A DNA stretch of 64,000 bases from positions 36,011 to 100,010 of the forward strand of contig NZ_CALHGM010000033.1 of assembly GCF_938030145.1 (NCBI RefSeq). The letters run 5' to 3'. The number at the start of each line of letters is the position of its first letter. The stretch's first letter is position 1. The DNA comes from an uncultured Campylobacter sp. Its GTDB lineage: Bacteria; Campylobacterota; Campylobacteria; Campylobacterales; Campylobacteraceae. Shown in pieces: positions 49,215 through 59,181 of this stretch. A model generated the notes under the pieces. It was not told the DNA's origin, did no database searches, and was given only the letters and a program-made list of their open reading frames with translations. The position numbers and the translations under genes were made by a program.

Positions 49215-50390
49215 ATGAATATCACGACATTTTCGCCGCCGTTTCGCATCGTAGGCGGCTATTTCATCTGCGGCTTTATCTTTTTGCTGCTAAGCGCGGC
49301 GAGCTTTTTAAAGGCGGATTTCGGCGCGATCCAGGCGCCGCAGACGGCGAGCTTTTTTCATGTATTTTTGCTAGGATTCGTAATCAGCATAATCATCGGA
49401 GCGCTCTATCAGCTCACCTCCGTCATCATCCAAAAGGAATTTTTCACCGTCAAATTTGCGTTTTTAAATCTCCTCGCCTACGGCGCGGGCGTGGCTCTGC
49501 TAAGCGCGGGATTGCTACTTTCAAATATCTCGCTGATGCACGCAGGCGGCGGCGTTTTGCTGCTTAGCCTATTTTATTTTACGATCTGCTACGCGCTAAG
49601 CTTCATCGGCACGCCCAAATGGAGCTTCCCTGCCGTAGCGCTTGCGATCTCGGCTGCGTTTTTAGCCGTAGGGATCAGCCTTGGCTTCGCGCTCGTGTTA
49701 GCGCTTAGCGGCGTGGAGATTTTCGGAGTGTATTTTTCAGAAATTTTATCCTATCACATATACTTCGTGCTAGGCTTTGTGTTTTTCGTCATCGTAGGCG
49801 CTGCGTGCGTGCTGCTGCCGATGTTTAGCCTGGCGCACGATCTAAGCTTCGCGCTAGCAAAAGCTTCACTGGCGCTGTATCTGCTCGCGGGGCCGTTTTT
49901 GCTAAAAGATTTTGGAATTTTCATCGCCTTTGCCGCGCTTGCGAGCTTTGCGGCTCAGGCGATCTATATCCTAGCCAGGCGGGTGCGAAAAGCGATCGAT
50001 TATTGGAATTTAAACGTCTATATCTCGCTGGCGGCTTTGGGATTTAGCGCGGCATTTTGGCTAATGGGTCGCGCGGATACGGCGGCGTTTGGGCTGCTAT
50101 ACGGCTTTTTGTTCGCCTTCATCGTCGCGCACCTTTATAAAATCGCGCCCTTTCTCATCTGGTATCACTACGTCTCGCCCTTCGTCGGCAAGCGCAAAAT
50201 CCCTATGCTTGAGGATATGATAATCAAAAAGATCGCCTATGCAGCCTGCGCGCCAAACGTCTTAGCGCTTGCATGCGCGAGCTTCGGAGCGCTAACGCCC
50301 GCGGTTATCTTGCAAGCGGTAAGCATAATTTTGGTGCTAATCAACATCGTAAATATCTTTAACTACATAAAATTTGGAGAGGAAAAATGA
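49215..50390 (+). CDS. Multi-pass membrane protein with His motifs (NnrS/heme-copper-oxidase-like family)
   Basis: About 12 TM segments; HVFLLGF, GALYQL, YHIY, LLPMF, LYKIAPFLIW. Confidence 0.7.
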   Translation: MNITTFSPPFRIVGGYFICGFIFLLLSAASFLKADFGAIQAPQTASFFHVFLLGFVISIIIGALYQLTSVIIQKEFFTVKFAFLNLLAYGAGVALLSAGLLLSNISLMHAGGGVLLLSLFYFTICYALSFIGTPKWSFPAVALAISAAFLAVGISLGFALVLALSGVEIFGVYFSEILSYHIYFVLGFVFFVIVGAACVLLPMFSLAHDLSFALAKASLALYLLAGPFLLKDFGIFIAFAALASFAAQAIYILARRVRKAIDYWNLNVYISLAALGFSAAFWLMGRADTAAFGLLYGFLFAFIVAHLYKIAPFLIWYHYVSPFVGKRKIPMLEDMIIKKIAYAACAPNVLALACASFGALTPAVILQAVSIILVLINIVNIFNYIKFGEEK

Positions 50391-50692
50391 AAGTAACAAA
50401 GGAGCAAGTTTACGACGCGCTTCGCGCCGTGGTGGACCCTGAGGTGGGTTTTGACGTCGTGTCGCTAGGGCTCATCTACGACGTAGCGGTAGATGAGGCA
50501 AACAACGCCAAAGTCACGATGACGCTATCGACTCAGTCGTGCCCGCTGCATGAGATGATGGTGGAATGGGTACGCGCGGGTGCCGAGAGCGTGGATGGCG
50601 TCGGCGAGGTAGAGATTGATCTCGTCTTTGAGCCGATGTGGAATATTGACATGGCGGAGGATCACGTCAAAGAAGCGCTCGGCAAATTTTAA
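50387..50692 (+). CDS. DUF59/SufT metal-sulfur cluster assembly factor
   Basis: VVDPE, LGLIY, MTLSTQSCPL, FEPMW. Confidence 0.9.
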   Translation: MKVTKEQVYDALRAVVDPEVGFDVVSLGLIYDVAVDEANNAKVTMTLSTQSCPLHEMMVEWVRAGAESVDGVGEVEIDLVFEPMWNIDMAEDHVKEALGKF

Positions 50693-50767
50693 ATAGCTTT
50701 GCCGCGCCCCGTAGTTTAAGCTTTGAAATTCTAAAATTAGACTTCAAATTTATACCTAGGGGCTGCT

Positions 50768-51856
50768 ATGAAAAAATTTACCGATGGCGAGAAAGAGATC
50801 CTGCTTCAAACGCAAGGGCTTAGTTTGATTTCAAAGACGCTACAAAACGGCAAAGAAAGACTGAGCTCTAAAGAATTCGTAAACCACGATGCTCTGCAAA
50901 AAGCTTTCGTAAAAAAGCAAGTTGATGCTCTAAAAAAGGGCTTCATCTACGAAAACAAAAAAGCGAAATTCGGCGAGGCGCTAGCGCATGCCTATATCGG
51001 CGGCGGATACAGCGGGGCGCTTGGATTTGCCGAGTTTGAGGATAAATTTTACGTCTATAAATGTAATTTTGACGAGCATGGCTGCGATTATTTAATCGTG
51101 CTGGACGACGAGCTAAAAACTCTTGCGCAAATTAAGCTACCAAAAATTTTAGCGTGGAAAATGACTGCTACCAAAAAAGCTTTAGTGCTTGATTTGGACC
51201 ACGAATTCTTTCTTTTTGACGGAGAGAAATTCAGTAGGCTTTTTGAAGCCTGGGGTATCACAGGAGAAGGCTTTAGCTCTGCTCTAAGCGGCAACGGCGA
51301 AATTCTAGCCTGCGGCACGGATGGAATTTTAGCTTTCGGAAGCGACAAGAAGCTAAATTTTAAAACGGAATTTTCTGCAAAAGCAATAGGCTTCGGCAAT
51401 AAAATTTGCGTAGTCTGTGGGGATAAAGGCGGCAAAAATGTCGCTAGGCTCTACCGCCTAAAAGACTTCGCCGAGCTTTGCCGTATCGAATGCGACGTGG
51501 GCTATATCCACTCTCTAAACGTAGGGCTTATCAAAAATGATGCAATTTTGGTCGTAAATAACGGCTTTGATGAGCTGTATTTTTGGGACGTCGCAAGCAA
51601 AAAGCGTCTAAGCGCACCAAAAAGCTTGCCAAGAAGCGTAATGAGGTTTGCCGCAAACGATCAAATTTTTCTTACATACTTTTACGGTGGATTTAAAGCA
51701 TTCAGCTTGGAGGATTTTCGCCCCTTAGGCGAGTTTGAGTGCGAGCACTGCGTCAAAACTGCTGCTATTAAAATCTCAGGCGAGCGCCTTTGCGTTCGCA
51801 CCGACTACGGATTTTTTAGCGTCTATTCTTTAGCCGAGAATGGAATTAAAATTTAA
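50768..51856 (+). CDS. Hypothetical protein, WGR-like N-terminus plus probable beta-propeller
   Basis: KEF...AL.KAF.KK...LKKGF pattern then short beta repeats (LYFWDV). Confidence 0.6.
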   Translation: MKKFTDGEKEILLQTQGLSLISKTLQNGKERLSSKEFVNHDALQKAFVKKQVDALKKGFIYENKKAKFGEALAHAYIGGGYSGALGFAEFEDKFYVYKCNFDEHGCDYLIVLDDELKTLAQIKLPKILAWKMTATKKALVLDLDHEFFLFDGEKFSRLFEAWGITGEGFSSALSGNGEILACGTDGILAFGSDKKLNFKTEFSAKAIGFGNKICVVCGDKGGKNVARLYRLKDFAELCRIECDVGYIHSLNVGLIKNDAILVVNNGFDELYFWDVASKKRLSAPKSLPRSVMRFAANDQIFLTYFYGGFKAFSLEDFRPLGEFECEHCVKTAAIKISGERLCVRTDYGFFSVYSLAENGIKI

Positions 51857-51952
51857 AAAGCGCTATTGATAGGGATTTATCGCCCGCTTCAAGCTCATAA
51901 AATTAAACGAACTCCGCCCGCCTTAAACTTGCGCGACAAGCAGGGGCGCTAT

Positions 51953-53395
51953 TTAAAGAAATTTTATTGCAAAAATCGCGGGTTTTGAGAACTTTTTAAG
52001 GCTTCCTTTAAGCATTATCAAATTATCCGCGCCGGAGATTTTAAGAGTGGAATTTTCAAAGCAAAATTCTAAATTTTTTAGCGCGTTTTCGCTTAAGAGG
52101 CGCGCAAGCTCCAAAATATAGCTCAGCCAGGCAAGCTTGGCGGAATCAGGCAAAATCGCGCTCAAAGGCGCGAACGTAGCGCCCAGCTCGCGCTTTCCGT
52201 GCATCGAGATGATCGCAGCTATGAGCGCCTTTTCTTTGTGCGTCGTGCGGTAGTTCAGCCCGCCGAGCACCATATCCGCGCTGGTTTCGTGCTTGGCATA
52301 AAAGCCGATCGCCCGCCCGATCTCGCAAAGCGATGCCGCAATCTGCAAAATTTTAATATATTTTTCGCCCAAGCCGTGTAGAGGCGATAGCGCGCAAAAC
52401 AGCGCCTTTGCGAACTTCGGAGCCTCGCTCGGCTCGGAAGCGAAGCGATCTTTAAGGCTTCTTAGGCTCGGATTAAAGCCTCTAGGCAGGTTTGCGCCGC
52501 GCAGAATCGAGCTTAAAAAAGCCCCCTCTCGCACTCCCACGCCGCTTGTGATGATCTTTTTCGCTCCCAGGCGCCTTACGATCTTATCAAAGATGATGGC
52601 GCCCTCTCTGATCGTGTCGTAGCGGTCTTTTTTGATCGGGAATTTCGCCAAATCAAGCGTCTTTGCGCTCATCAGCTTGGCAAAAAACGGCGCGTATTTT
52701 TCATAATCATAGCTGAAATTATGCACGATCTTTAGCGGGTGGTTTTGCAGGCTCATCACGGCGCCGGAAAGCGCTCGCGCGGAGCCGCCCATTACGATTA
52801 AATTTTGCGTGCGAAACTCGGCGCCTACTTGCGAGATCGCGCTGTTTATGTATTTCTCCAGCCCCTTTGTGTCGCCGCGGTCGAAAAACAGCTCCTTTAG
52901 CCGCACCGTGCCTAAATTTAGAGAAATTTTATTTTCTATCCTGCCGTTTTTTATGTAAGCAAGCTCGGTCGAGCCGCCGCCGATGTCCAGCGTAACACCC
53001 TCGGAAAAGTCACTAAGCAAATTCTGCGCCGCATAGGCACCCAGATACGCTTCCATCTGCCCATCTATCTTGCGGATCGTAATACCCGTTTGCTTGCGGA
53101 TGAGATTTATAAACTCGCTCCCGTTCGGCGCATCGCGAAGCGCGGATGTACCGATGCAAAGCACGCGCTTGGCCTTGTAATTACATACCAGGGTTTTAAA
53201 TTTTTTAAATGCGAGTAGGCATTTTTGCATCGCTTCGGTGGTTAAAATTCCGCCGTTTTCGTAAGCGCCTTCGCCTAGTCGGATCTTGATCTTGTGCTCG
53301 GCCAAGATGAAAAATCCGAGCCTGCTAGTACGCTCGAAAATCACGACTCTGGCGGAATTTGAGCCCAGATCTATGACTGCGACGCGCTTGGGCAT
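51953..53395 (-). CDS. ppx: Ppx/GppA exopolyphosphatase
   Basis: IDLGSNS, TSALRDAPN, DIGGGSTE, GVREG. Confidence 0.93.
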   Translation of the reverse strand: MPKRVAVIDLGSNSARVVIFERTSRLGFFILAEHKIKIRLGEGAYENGGILTTEAMQKCLLAFKKFKTLVCNYKAKRVLCIGTSALRDAPNGSEFINLIRKQTGITIRKIDGQMEAYLGAYAAQNLLSDFSEGVTLDIGGGSTELAYIKNGRIENKISLNLGTVRLKELFFDRGDTKGLEKYINSAISQVGAEFRTQNLIVMGGSARALSGAVMSLQNHPLKIVHNFSYDYEKYAPFFAKLMSAKTLDLAKFPIKKDRYDTIREGAIIFDKIVRRLGAKKIITSGVGVREGAFLSSILRGANLPRGFNPSLRSLKDRFASEPSEAPKFAKALFCALSPLHGLGEKYIKILQIAASLCEIGRAIGFYAKHETSADMVLGGLNYRTTHKEKALIAAIISMHGKRELGATFAPLSAILPDSAKLAWLSYILELARLLSENALKNLEFCFENSTLKISGADNLIMLKGSLKKFSKPAIFAIKFL

Positions 53396-53641
53396 TTAAA
53401 TTTCCATATGGACGTGTTTGTATTTCAGCTCGTCCGCCGTCTCGATATTATCGGGATCGGTGATGATGCACTCGACTGGGCAGACTACGATGCAAGCGGG
53501 CTCAGAGTAATCATCTACGCACTCGCAGCATCGATCGGCGTCTATGATGTATATCGGCTCATCCTCGAAAATCGCTTCATTAGGGCATTCCTCGCGGCAC
53601 GCGTCGCAACTGATGCATTCTTTTGTAATCAACAATGACAT
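53396..53641 (-). CDS. YfhL-type 2[4Fe-4S] ferredoxin
   Basis: CISCDACREECP and CCECV...PACIVVCP. Confidence 0.92.
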   Translation of the reverse strand: MSLLITKECISCDACREECPNEAIFEDEPIYIIDADRCCECVDDYSEPACIVVCPVECIITDPDNIETADELKYKHVHMEI

Positions 53642-53691
53642 ATAATTTTACCTTGATGAAAAAATTTATGGCGTTTATACCATAAAAAGCT

Positions 53692-54999
53692 TCATTTTGT
53701 TTTAAAATAGCGGAATTTCGGGCTATTTCTTAAATTTTTTAGTGGAAATTTGAAAATCGCGACGATTAGCGAGCGCCCTTTGTCGTTTTTAAGATCTACT
53801 TGCGCACCCATCGCTTGAGCAGCATTTTTGGCTAAAAATAGCCCGAGCCCCGCCCCCGGCTTGCCGCCATAGCGCTTAAAAGGGGCAAAATAATCGATCT
53901 CTTCGTTAAGCGGCTCGCCTTTGTTTGCGACCCGCACTATGAAATTTCCATCCGAAATTTCGCTCTCGATTAACACCTTTTCGCCGTCCGGAGAAAATTT
54001 TATGGCGTTTTGGATGAAATTTTGAATCACGTGCATAAAGAGGCTTTTCTGCATCGAAATTTCAAGCCGTTCAGGCTTAAGATCCATCGTTAAGTCCTTG
54101 CCTGCCGTACGCGCTAAAATTTTAAAGCCCACGCATAGCTCCCGTAGATACGCGATCATATCGGTCTGCTCGGGCGCCTCAAACTGCGCCCCCTCCTGCC
54201 GACCTATCTCTAGGATGGAGCTGATCATCTTATTCATATTATCGATCGAATCATTGTTATTTTTAAGCGCCTCGATATATTTCTCTCTCTCGCGCGGCTT
54301 GATGAGAGTAACTTCGTTTTTGGTTTTCATAACCGCAAGCGGAGTTTTAAGCTCGTGCGCGATGCCGATAAAAAGCTCTTTTTGATACATAATAAAGGTC
54401 TCGATGCGCTCAAGTAGGCGGTTTATGCTGTTTGAAAGCGGGCTAAATTCGCTTGGAATTTCCGCTGCGTCGATCGGCTTTAGAAATTTTTCATCCACCG
54501 AAGCAAGCCTTTGACTGATTAGCTTAATCGGCATCAGCAGCATACGCGAGAGAAACATTGCATAAAACACTACCAAAAATATCATAGTCAAATTTACTAA
54601 AATTATGTCGATGAGTATTTGATTTACGATGTTTGCATAGACGCTAACGTCGGCTCGAATACTTAAAATTTTATCCTTACCATAAGGGTAGTGCAGCTGT
54701 AAATAGCTCCTGCCGCCCTCGGAACTTTCGATAAATTTAGGCTTATTGATACTTTCGTTTTCGATGATTTTGCTCTCGTATTCGCCCGGCGTGTTTTGCA
54801 AAAAAGATGAAATTTTCTCAGGCGCCACGGAGACCTCTACAATTTTTTGTGCTCTTTGGATTAAATTTTGAACGGGAGTTTCGAAGATGGTAATTCTCAT
54901 ATAATTATAGAGCATTACCGAAAAAATGACAATTAGCATCAACGAAGCGGATGCTAATTGTATTACAAAGCGGACTCTTAGGCTTTTTGTGGAAAGCAA
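53692..54999 (-). CDS. Sensor histidine kinase
   Basis: Two TMs, HAMP, AHELKTPL H-box, NAIKFS, GAGLGL. Confidence 0.92.
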   Translation of the reverse strand: MLSTKSLRVRFVIQLASASLMLIVIFSVMLYNYMRITIFETPVQNLIQRAQKIVEVSVAPEKISSFLQNTPGEYESKIIENESINKPKFIESSEGGRSYLQLHYPYGKDKILSIRADVSVYANIVNQILIDIILVNLTMIFLVVFYAMFLSRMLLMPIKLISQRLASVDEKFLKPIDAAEIPSEFSPLSNSINRLLERIETFIMYQKELFIGIAHELKTPLAVMKTKNEVTLIKPREREKYIEALKNNNDSIDNMNKMISSILEIGRQEGAQFEAPEQTDMIAYLRELCVGFKILARTAGKDLTMDLKPERLEISMQKSLFMHVIQNFIQNAIKFSPDGEKVLIESEISDGNFIVRVANKGEPLNEEIDYFAPFKRYGGKPGAGLGLFLAKNAAQAMGAQVDLKNDKGRSLIVAIFKFPLKNLRNSPKFRYFKTK

Positions 55000-55649
55000 A
55001 ATCTATATCCGCGTCTGCGAACGGTCTCGATCGTAGAGATATTTAGAGGCTTATCCATTTTCTGGCGGATTTGATTGATCGCGACTTCGATGACGTTTGG
55101 CGTAACGAGCTCAGGCTCCTCCCAGATAGCGTCTAATAGCTGCTCTTTACTGACGATCTGATCGCTGTGGCGCGCCAAGTGAGTTAGTACCTCAAACGGC
55201 TTGCCCTTAAGCTCGATCTCTTGACCTAGATATGTGATCTTTTCCTCGTCCGGATCGATGATAAGATCGTCGATTTTGATGATATTTGAGCCGCCGAAGC
55301 GAAGTCTAGCCTCGAGACGCGCTACTAAAACATCAAAGTCGAAAGGTTTTTTGATAAAATCGTCCGCGCCAGCGCGAAGCGCTTTTATCTCGCTTTCTTT
55401 ATCGTCTTTTGCAGATAGCACGACGACAGAGGTGCGCGCGGATTTTTGCTTAACTAATGCGATGAGATCGATGCCGTTGCCGTCAGCTAGCATCCAATCG
55501 GTTAGCACCAAATCATAATTTCTAATGCCGATATAATACTCTGCGTCCTTAAAACTCTCGGAAGTATCCGTCTGATAGCCGAACTCCATCAAGCCCTCCG
55601 CTATCGTCTTGTTTAAAGTCACCTCGTCCTCGACTATTAAAATTCTCAT
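54978..55649 (-). CDS. cosR: OmpR-family regulator, CosR/HsrA (HP1043) orthologue
   Basis: KGKPFEVLTHLARH, WEEPELVTPNVIEVAINQIRQKMDKPL, ETVRRRGYRFC signature. Confidence 0.9.
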   Translation of the reverse strand: MRILIVEDEVTLNKTIAEGLMEFGYQTDTSESFKDAEYYIGIRNYDLVLTDWMLADGNGIDLIALVKQKSARTSVVVLSAKDDKESEIKALRAGADDFIKKPFDFDVLVARLEARLRFGGSNIIKIDDLIIDPDEEKITYLGQEIELKGKPFEVLTHLARHSDQIVSKEQLLDAIWEEPELVTPNVIEVAINQIRQKMDKPLNISTIETVRRRGYRFCFPQKA

Positions 55650-55725
55650 TTAATTTCCTTGCCTTAAAATTTTGCGGCGATTTTAACATATTTTAAGCAA
55701 AATTTCAAGATTTTTTAAAGAAATT

Positions 55726-56043
55726 TTAAAATTTTATCTCTATTTCCGCGCCGACGCTCGCGTCTTGTAAAATTTCGGGCTTTAAAATTTTCATATAAAA
55801 ATAATCCATCGATCGAAATTTTGAGTGAAACTCCTGCGCGAAGTATTTTAGCGCGTCCTCTACGAGGCGAAATTTTTTCTCGCGGAACTCCGCTTTGATA
55901 TATTCGCAAACCCGCGCATAGTCGATAAATTCTTCTGCTCCAAACTTCGCCCACACCCAGACGCGCTGCTCGCGCTTGCGCTCAAAATCCAGCGTCCCGA
56001 TTATAGCGCCAAATTCCAGCTTTTCGATTAAAATTTTAATCAT
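55726..56043 (-). CDS. folB: Dihydroneopterin aldolase
   Basis: IIGTLDFER..EQ, IDYA, LVEDAL, KPEI; conserved plsY-folB-cosR order. Confidence 0.8.
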   Translation of the reverse strand: MIKILIEKLEFGAIIGTLDFERKREQRVWVWAKFGAEEFIDYARVCEYIKAEFREKKFRLVEDALKYFAQEFHSKFRSMDYFYMKILKPEILQDASVGAEIEIKF

Positions 56044-56783
56044 ACTACGCGCTTTTCCTCGCCCTTAAGCAGCCTGGCGATATTAGGCGCGTGTTTGTAA
56101 AATACGATGAAAACTATCAGAAAGATCGGCGCATGAGTGTTGATCGCCGGCATCTGCGGATGGATCACGTAGCTTGCTATCACTAGCGCAAGCGCCGCTG
56201 CAAGCGATGCTACGGATGAAATTTTAACCGTCTTGCCGACTACAAACCAAACGGCAAGCGCGATGATAAGCTCGATAGGGATGAAGCAAGCAAGCACGCC
56301 GGCTCCCGTCGCAATGCCCTTGCCGCCGTTAAATTTCAGATACGGGCTAAAGCAATGCCCAAGCACTGCAAAGACCGCCATGCTCCATAGCACGTTTTCA
56401 TCAAAGCTTAAAGCCCGCGCGATCAGTATCGGCAGGACGCCCTTTAGCGCGTCGCAAGCGACGGTGAGGATCGCGAGCTTTTTTGCTTTTTTCGGATCGC
56501 GAGTTTTTAAGACGCGAAGGACGTTGGTAGCGCCTATGGAGCCGCTACCCTCGCTTTTGATATCCACGCCGCCGAGGTATTTGCCGATCAGTAGCCCAAA
56601 AGGGATCGCAGCGATCAGATACGCCGCGAAGTAGCACCAAAAATTCGGCGCCGTAAATGTCCTATATAAAATTCCAAGAATTCCGCTTCCTAGAATTCCA
56701 TGCTCATCTCCTAGAAAATATTTTGAGCTCGGATCGCAGAGTGCGGCGTATATGATATTTAAAATTTCACTAAGTTTATCCAT
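56040..56783 (-). CDS. plsY: Glycerol-3-phosphate acyltransferase
   Basis: GSGSIGATN, DALKG, GHCFS...GGKGIAT, KHAPNIARL. Confidence 0.93.
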   Translation of the reverse strand: MDKLSEILNIIYAALCDPSSKYFLGDEHGILGSGILGILYRTFTAPNFWCYFAAYLIAAIPFGLLIGKYLGGVDIKSEGSGSIGATNVLRVLKTRDPKKAKKLAILTVACDALKGVLPILIARALSFDENVLWSMAVFAVLGHCFSPYLKFNGGKGIATGAGVLACFIPIELIIALAVWFVVGKTVKISSVASLAAALALVIASYVIHPQMPAINTHAPIFLIVFIVFYKHAPNIARLLKGEEKRVV

Positions 56784-56795
56784 AAAATTCTCCCT

Positions 56796-59087
56796 TTAGC
56801 TCTTCCAAAGTAGCGAAATTTTCTCGTCGTAAATGTCGGTTTTCTTCGGCGAAATTTCTTTCGTTTCGAGTTTAATGTTTTTTAGATCCAGGCTCTGTTT
56901 TAGCGCGTCTACTTCAGCCTCAAATTTCTGCGTAAGCACTTCCAGCTCCTCTTGTAGCGCGCTTAGGCTATTTTCGGCATTTTTGGCTTCGCTGCGCTCG
57001 TTTAAAATTTTATGCGCACTCTTGGCGCCGCTGATCGCTTTAGAGATATTGCTAGCGCTGCGCGAGCGGCCTAAAAACGCGCCCAAGATCGCTCCGCCTA
57101 TGTTTAGCGCCGCATCCACCCCGCGACTTAGCACGTCGCCCTTTTCTTTCTCGTATTTTTCGCTAGCGCGCGAAATTTTATCCTCAAGGCGCGCCTTTTC
57201 CTTTTCAAATTTAGCCGTGATCTCGTCGGTTTTGACCTCTAGGGCTTCATTTGCCTTATCGCCTAGGCGCACGAAAAACTCCTCCCTGCTCTCGCCCGGT
57301 TTTGAGAGCAGATCAAGCGCGCTAAAAAGCTCGAGTTTTTCATTGCGATATAGCCACTCCTTAAAGCTTTTAAGCTGAGCGTTTAAATTTTTTGCGCCCG
57401 CGATGAAGCTAGGAAGCGCGCCGTAGAGCGAGCCCGCTTGCTCATGTCCGCTTAAATTTGCAACTTCTCGCGTGCTTGCTTCATTCCAATCTATTTCGCT
57501 TGCGTCCGAAAGCGAAAGCAAAAAGGAACGCTGCTGCGTAAAATCGACTCCCTTGTCGCAAAATCGCATCTTTGCGCTTGCATACAGATACGGGCTTAGC
57601 TCAAGGCTCGCGCCGTAGCTGTAAAGCTGCGAAATTTCAGCAGAAACTACGGGTTTGGCGGAGCCAGCGGATTTGACGCCTTGAGCGGCGCCTGACACGG
57701 ACGAAATTTCAGCCTTTTTGTCTTTCATTAAATTTGAAATTTGCTCGTTGCTTAAAGGGCCTTTTAAATAACTTAGCGCAAAGCGCGTCTCGATTACCCG
57801 CAGCACGTCCTCGTTGATGTTTTTTACCAAAAAATTTCGCTTTTTGAGATTTGAAATTTTCTCCATAAGCACGCTTTTGTCGATCGGATTTGAGCCGATA
57901 CCGCTTAAGCCGCTGATGACGCGCTCTTTATCCTGCGCGGTCTGCAAGCGCCCGATAAACCACGTACCGATATTGCTAAGCCCCTTGTAATCGAGATCGA
58001 CCGGGTTTTGCGTCGATAGAACGCAACCAAGACCGAACGCGCGAGCCTGCTTCAGCAGCGTAAGCATCGGAGTTTTGCTCGGCGGATTGCCGTTTGGAGG
58101 GAAGAAGCCGTAAATTTCATCCATATAAAGCACGGCGCGCAGCGAGCTCGTACCGCTGGTGGTGCGCATCCATTTGATCATCTCGCCCAAAAGCAGCGTG
58201 ACGAAAAACATCCTTTCATCGTCGTTTAGATGCGCGATGGAAAATATATTCGCTCTCGCCCTGCCGTTTTCATCAAAGAGCATCTTGGCGATATTTAGCC
58301 GCTCACCCTCGCACCAAAGCTTAAAACTAGGGCTTGCGATGAGTGCGTTAATCTTCATTGCAAGCGCCATTCGCTTATCGCTCGGGAAAAAGGTATTGAC
58401 GTCGAAAACACCGATTTTATCGAAAGGCGGATTGCCGATCTGCGCGATGAGATCCACCACGCTCACCCCCTCGCCTCTACCGAAATGATAAGACAGAATT
58501 TGGCTGATTAGTAAAAATTCCGGCGAGCTGAGATTATCGCTGCTAATCCCCGCGAGGCTTAGCACGCTAGTGGCGATACCGCCGACGTAGTTATTCAAAT
58601 CCTCTTCGTTTAAGCCCTTCGGCGCTTCAAAGTCGCTTAGCAGGCTGATTCCAAGACCCGCGCTTGATTTGGGCGTATAAATTCTAAAATCGGCGCTGTT
58701 TTTCAAAAGCTCCACTCTCGTCAGGTCTTGATACGAGCCCTCGATCCCCTCGCGCCAAGTATTTGCGGTCCCCTCGGCGTACTCGCGCACGCTAAGGCCT
58801 TTGTTTTGCGCCTCGGCCTCGTCAGTATAAGGCTCAAAATCCTCGGCCCTCATCTGCGGAAAGGTAAGAGCTAAATTCGTTAGATCGCCTTTCGGGTCGA
58901 TAATGATGGATGGGATATTATCGATCGCGGCTTCCTCTAGCAGCGTGATACCAAGCCCCGTTTTGCCGCTGCCCGTCATTCCTATGATAAGCGCGTGAGT
59001 CGTCAGATCCTTGTTTTTATACAAAAACGGCTCGCTGTTTTCAAGCCCCAGATAAAAAAGCTTTAAATTTTCTTGAAGCGTTTTCAT
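56796..59087 (-). CDS. HerA/DUF87-like P-loop ATPase with C-terminal coiled coil
   Basis: THALIIGMTGSGKT, IDPKGD, LYMDE, QARAFG, STQNP. Confidence 0.8.
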   Translation of the reverse strand: MKTLQENLKLFYLGLENSEPFLYKNKDLTTHALIIGMTGSGKTGLGITLLEEAAIDNIPSIIIDPKGDLTNLALTFPQMRAEDFEPYTDEAEAQNKGLSVREYAEGTANTWREGIEGSYQDLTRVELLKNSADFRIYTPKSSAGLGISLLSDFEAPKGLNEEDLNNYVGGIATSVLSLAGISSDNLSSPEFLLISQILSYHFGRGEGVSVVDLIAQIGNPPFDKIGVFDVNTFFPSDKRMALAMKINALIASPSFKLWCEGERLNIAKMLFDENGRARANIFSIAHLNDDERMFFVTLLLGEMIKWMRTTSGTSSLRAVLYMDEIYGFFPPNGNPPSKTPMLTLLKQARAFGLGCVLSTQNPVDLDYKGLSNIGTWFIGRLQTAQDKERVISGLSGIGSNPIDKSVLMEKISNLKKRNFLVKNINEDVLRVIETRFALSYLKGPLSNEQISNLMKDKKAEISSVSGAAQGVKSAGSAKPVVSAEISQLYSYGASLELSPYLYASAKMRFCDKGVDFTQQRSFLLSLSDASEIDWNEASTREVANLSGHEQAGSLYGALPSFIAGAKNLNAQLKSFKEWLYRNEKLELFSALDLLSKPGESREEFFVRLGDKANEALEVKTDEITAKFEKEKARLEDKISRASEKYEKEKGDVLSRGVDAALNIGGAILGAFLGRSRSASNISKAISGAKSAHKILNERSEAKNAENSLSALQEELEVLTQKFEAEVDALKQSLDLKNIKLETKEISPKKTDIYDEKISLLWKS

Positions 59088-59181
59088 TGCGTTCCTTAAA
59101 TTTGCAATTTGCGCGGCATTATATCATTTAAATTTTTAAATTTAAATTTGCTACAATGTGCGAAAAATCAAGGAATGGCAA

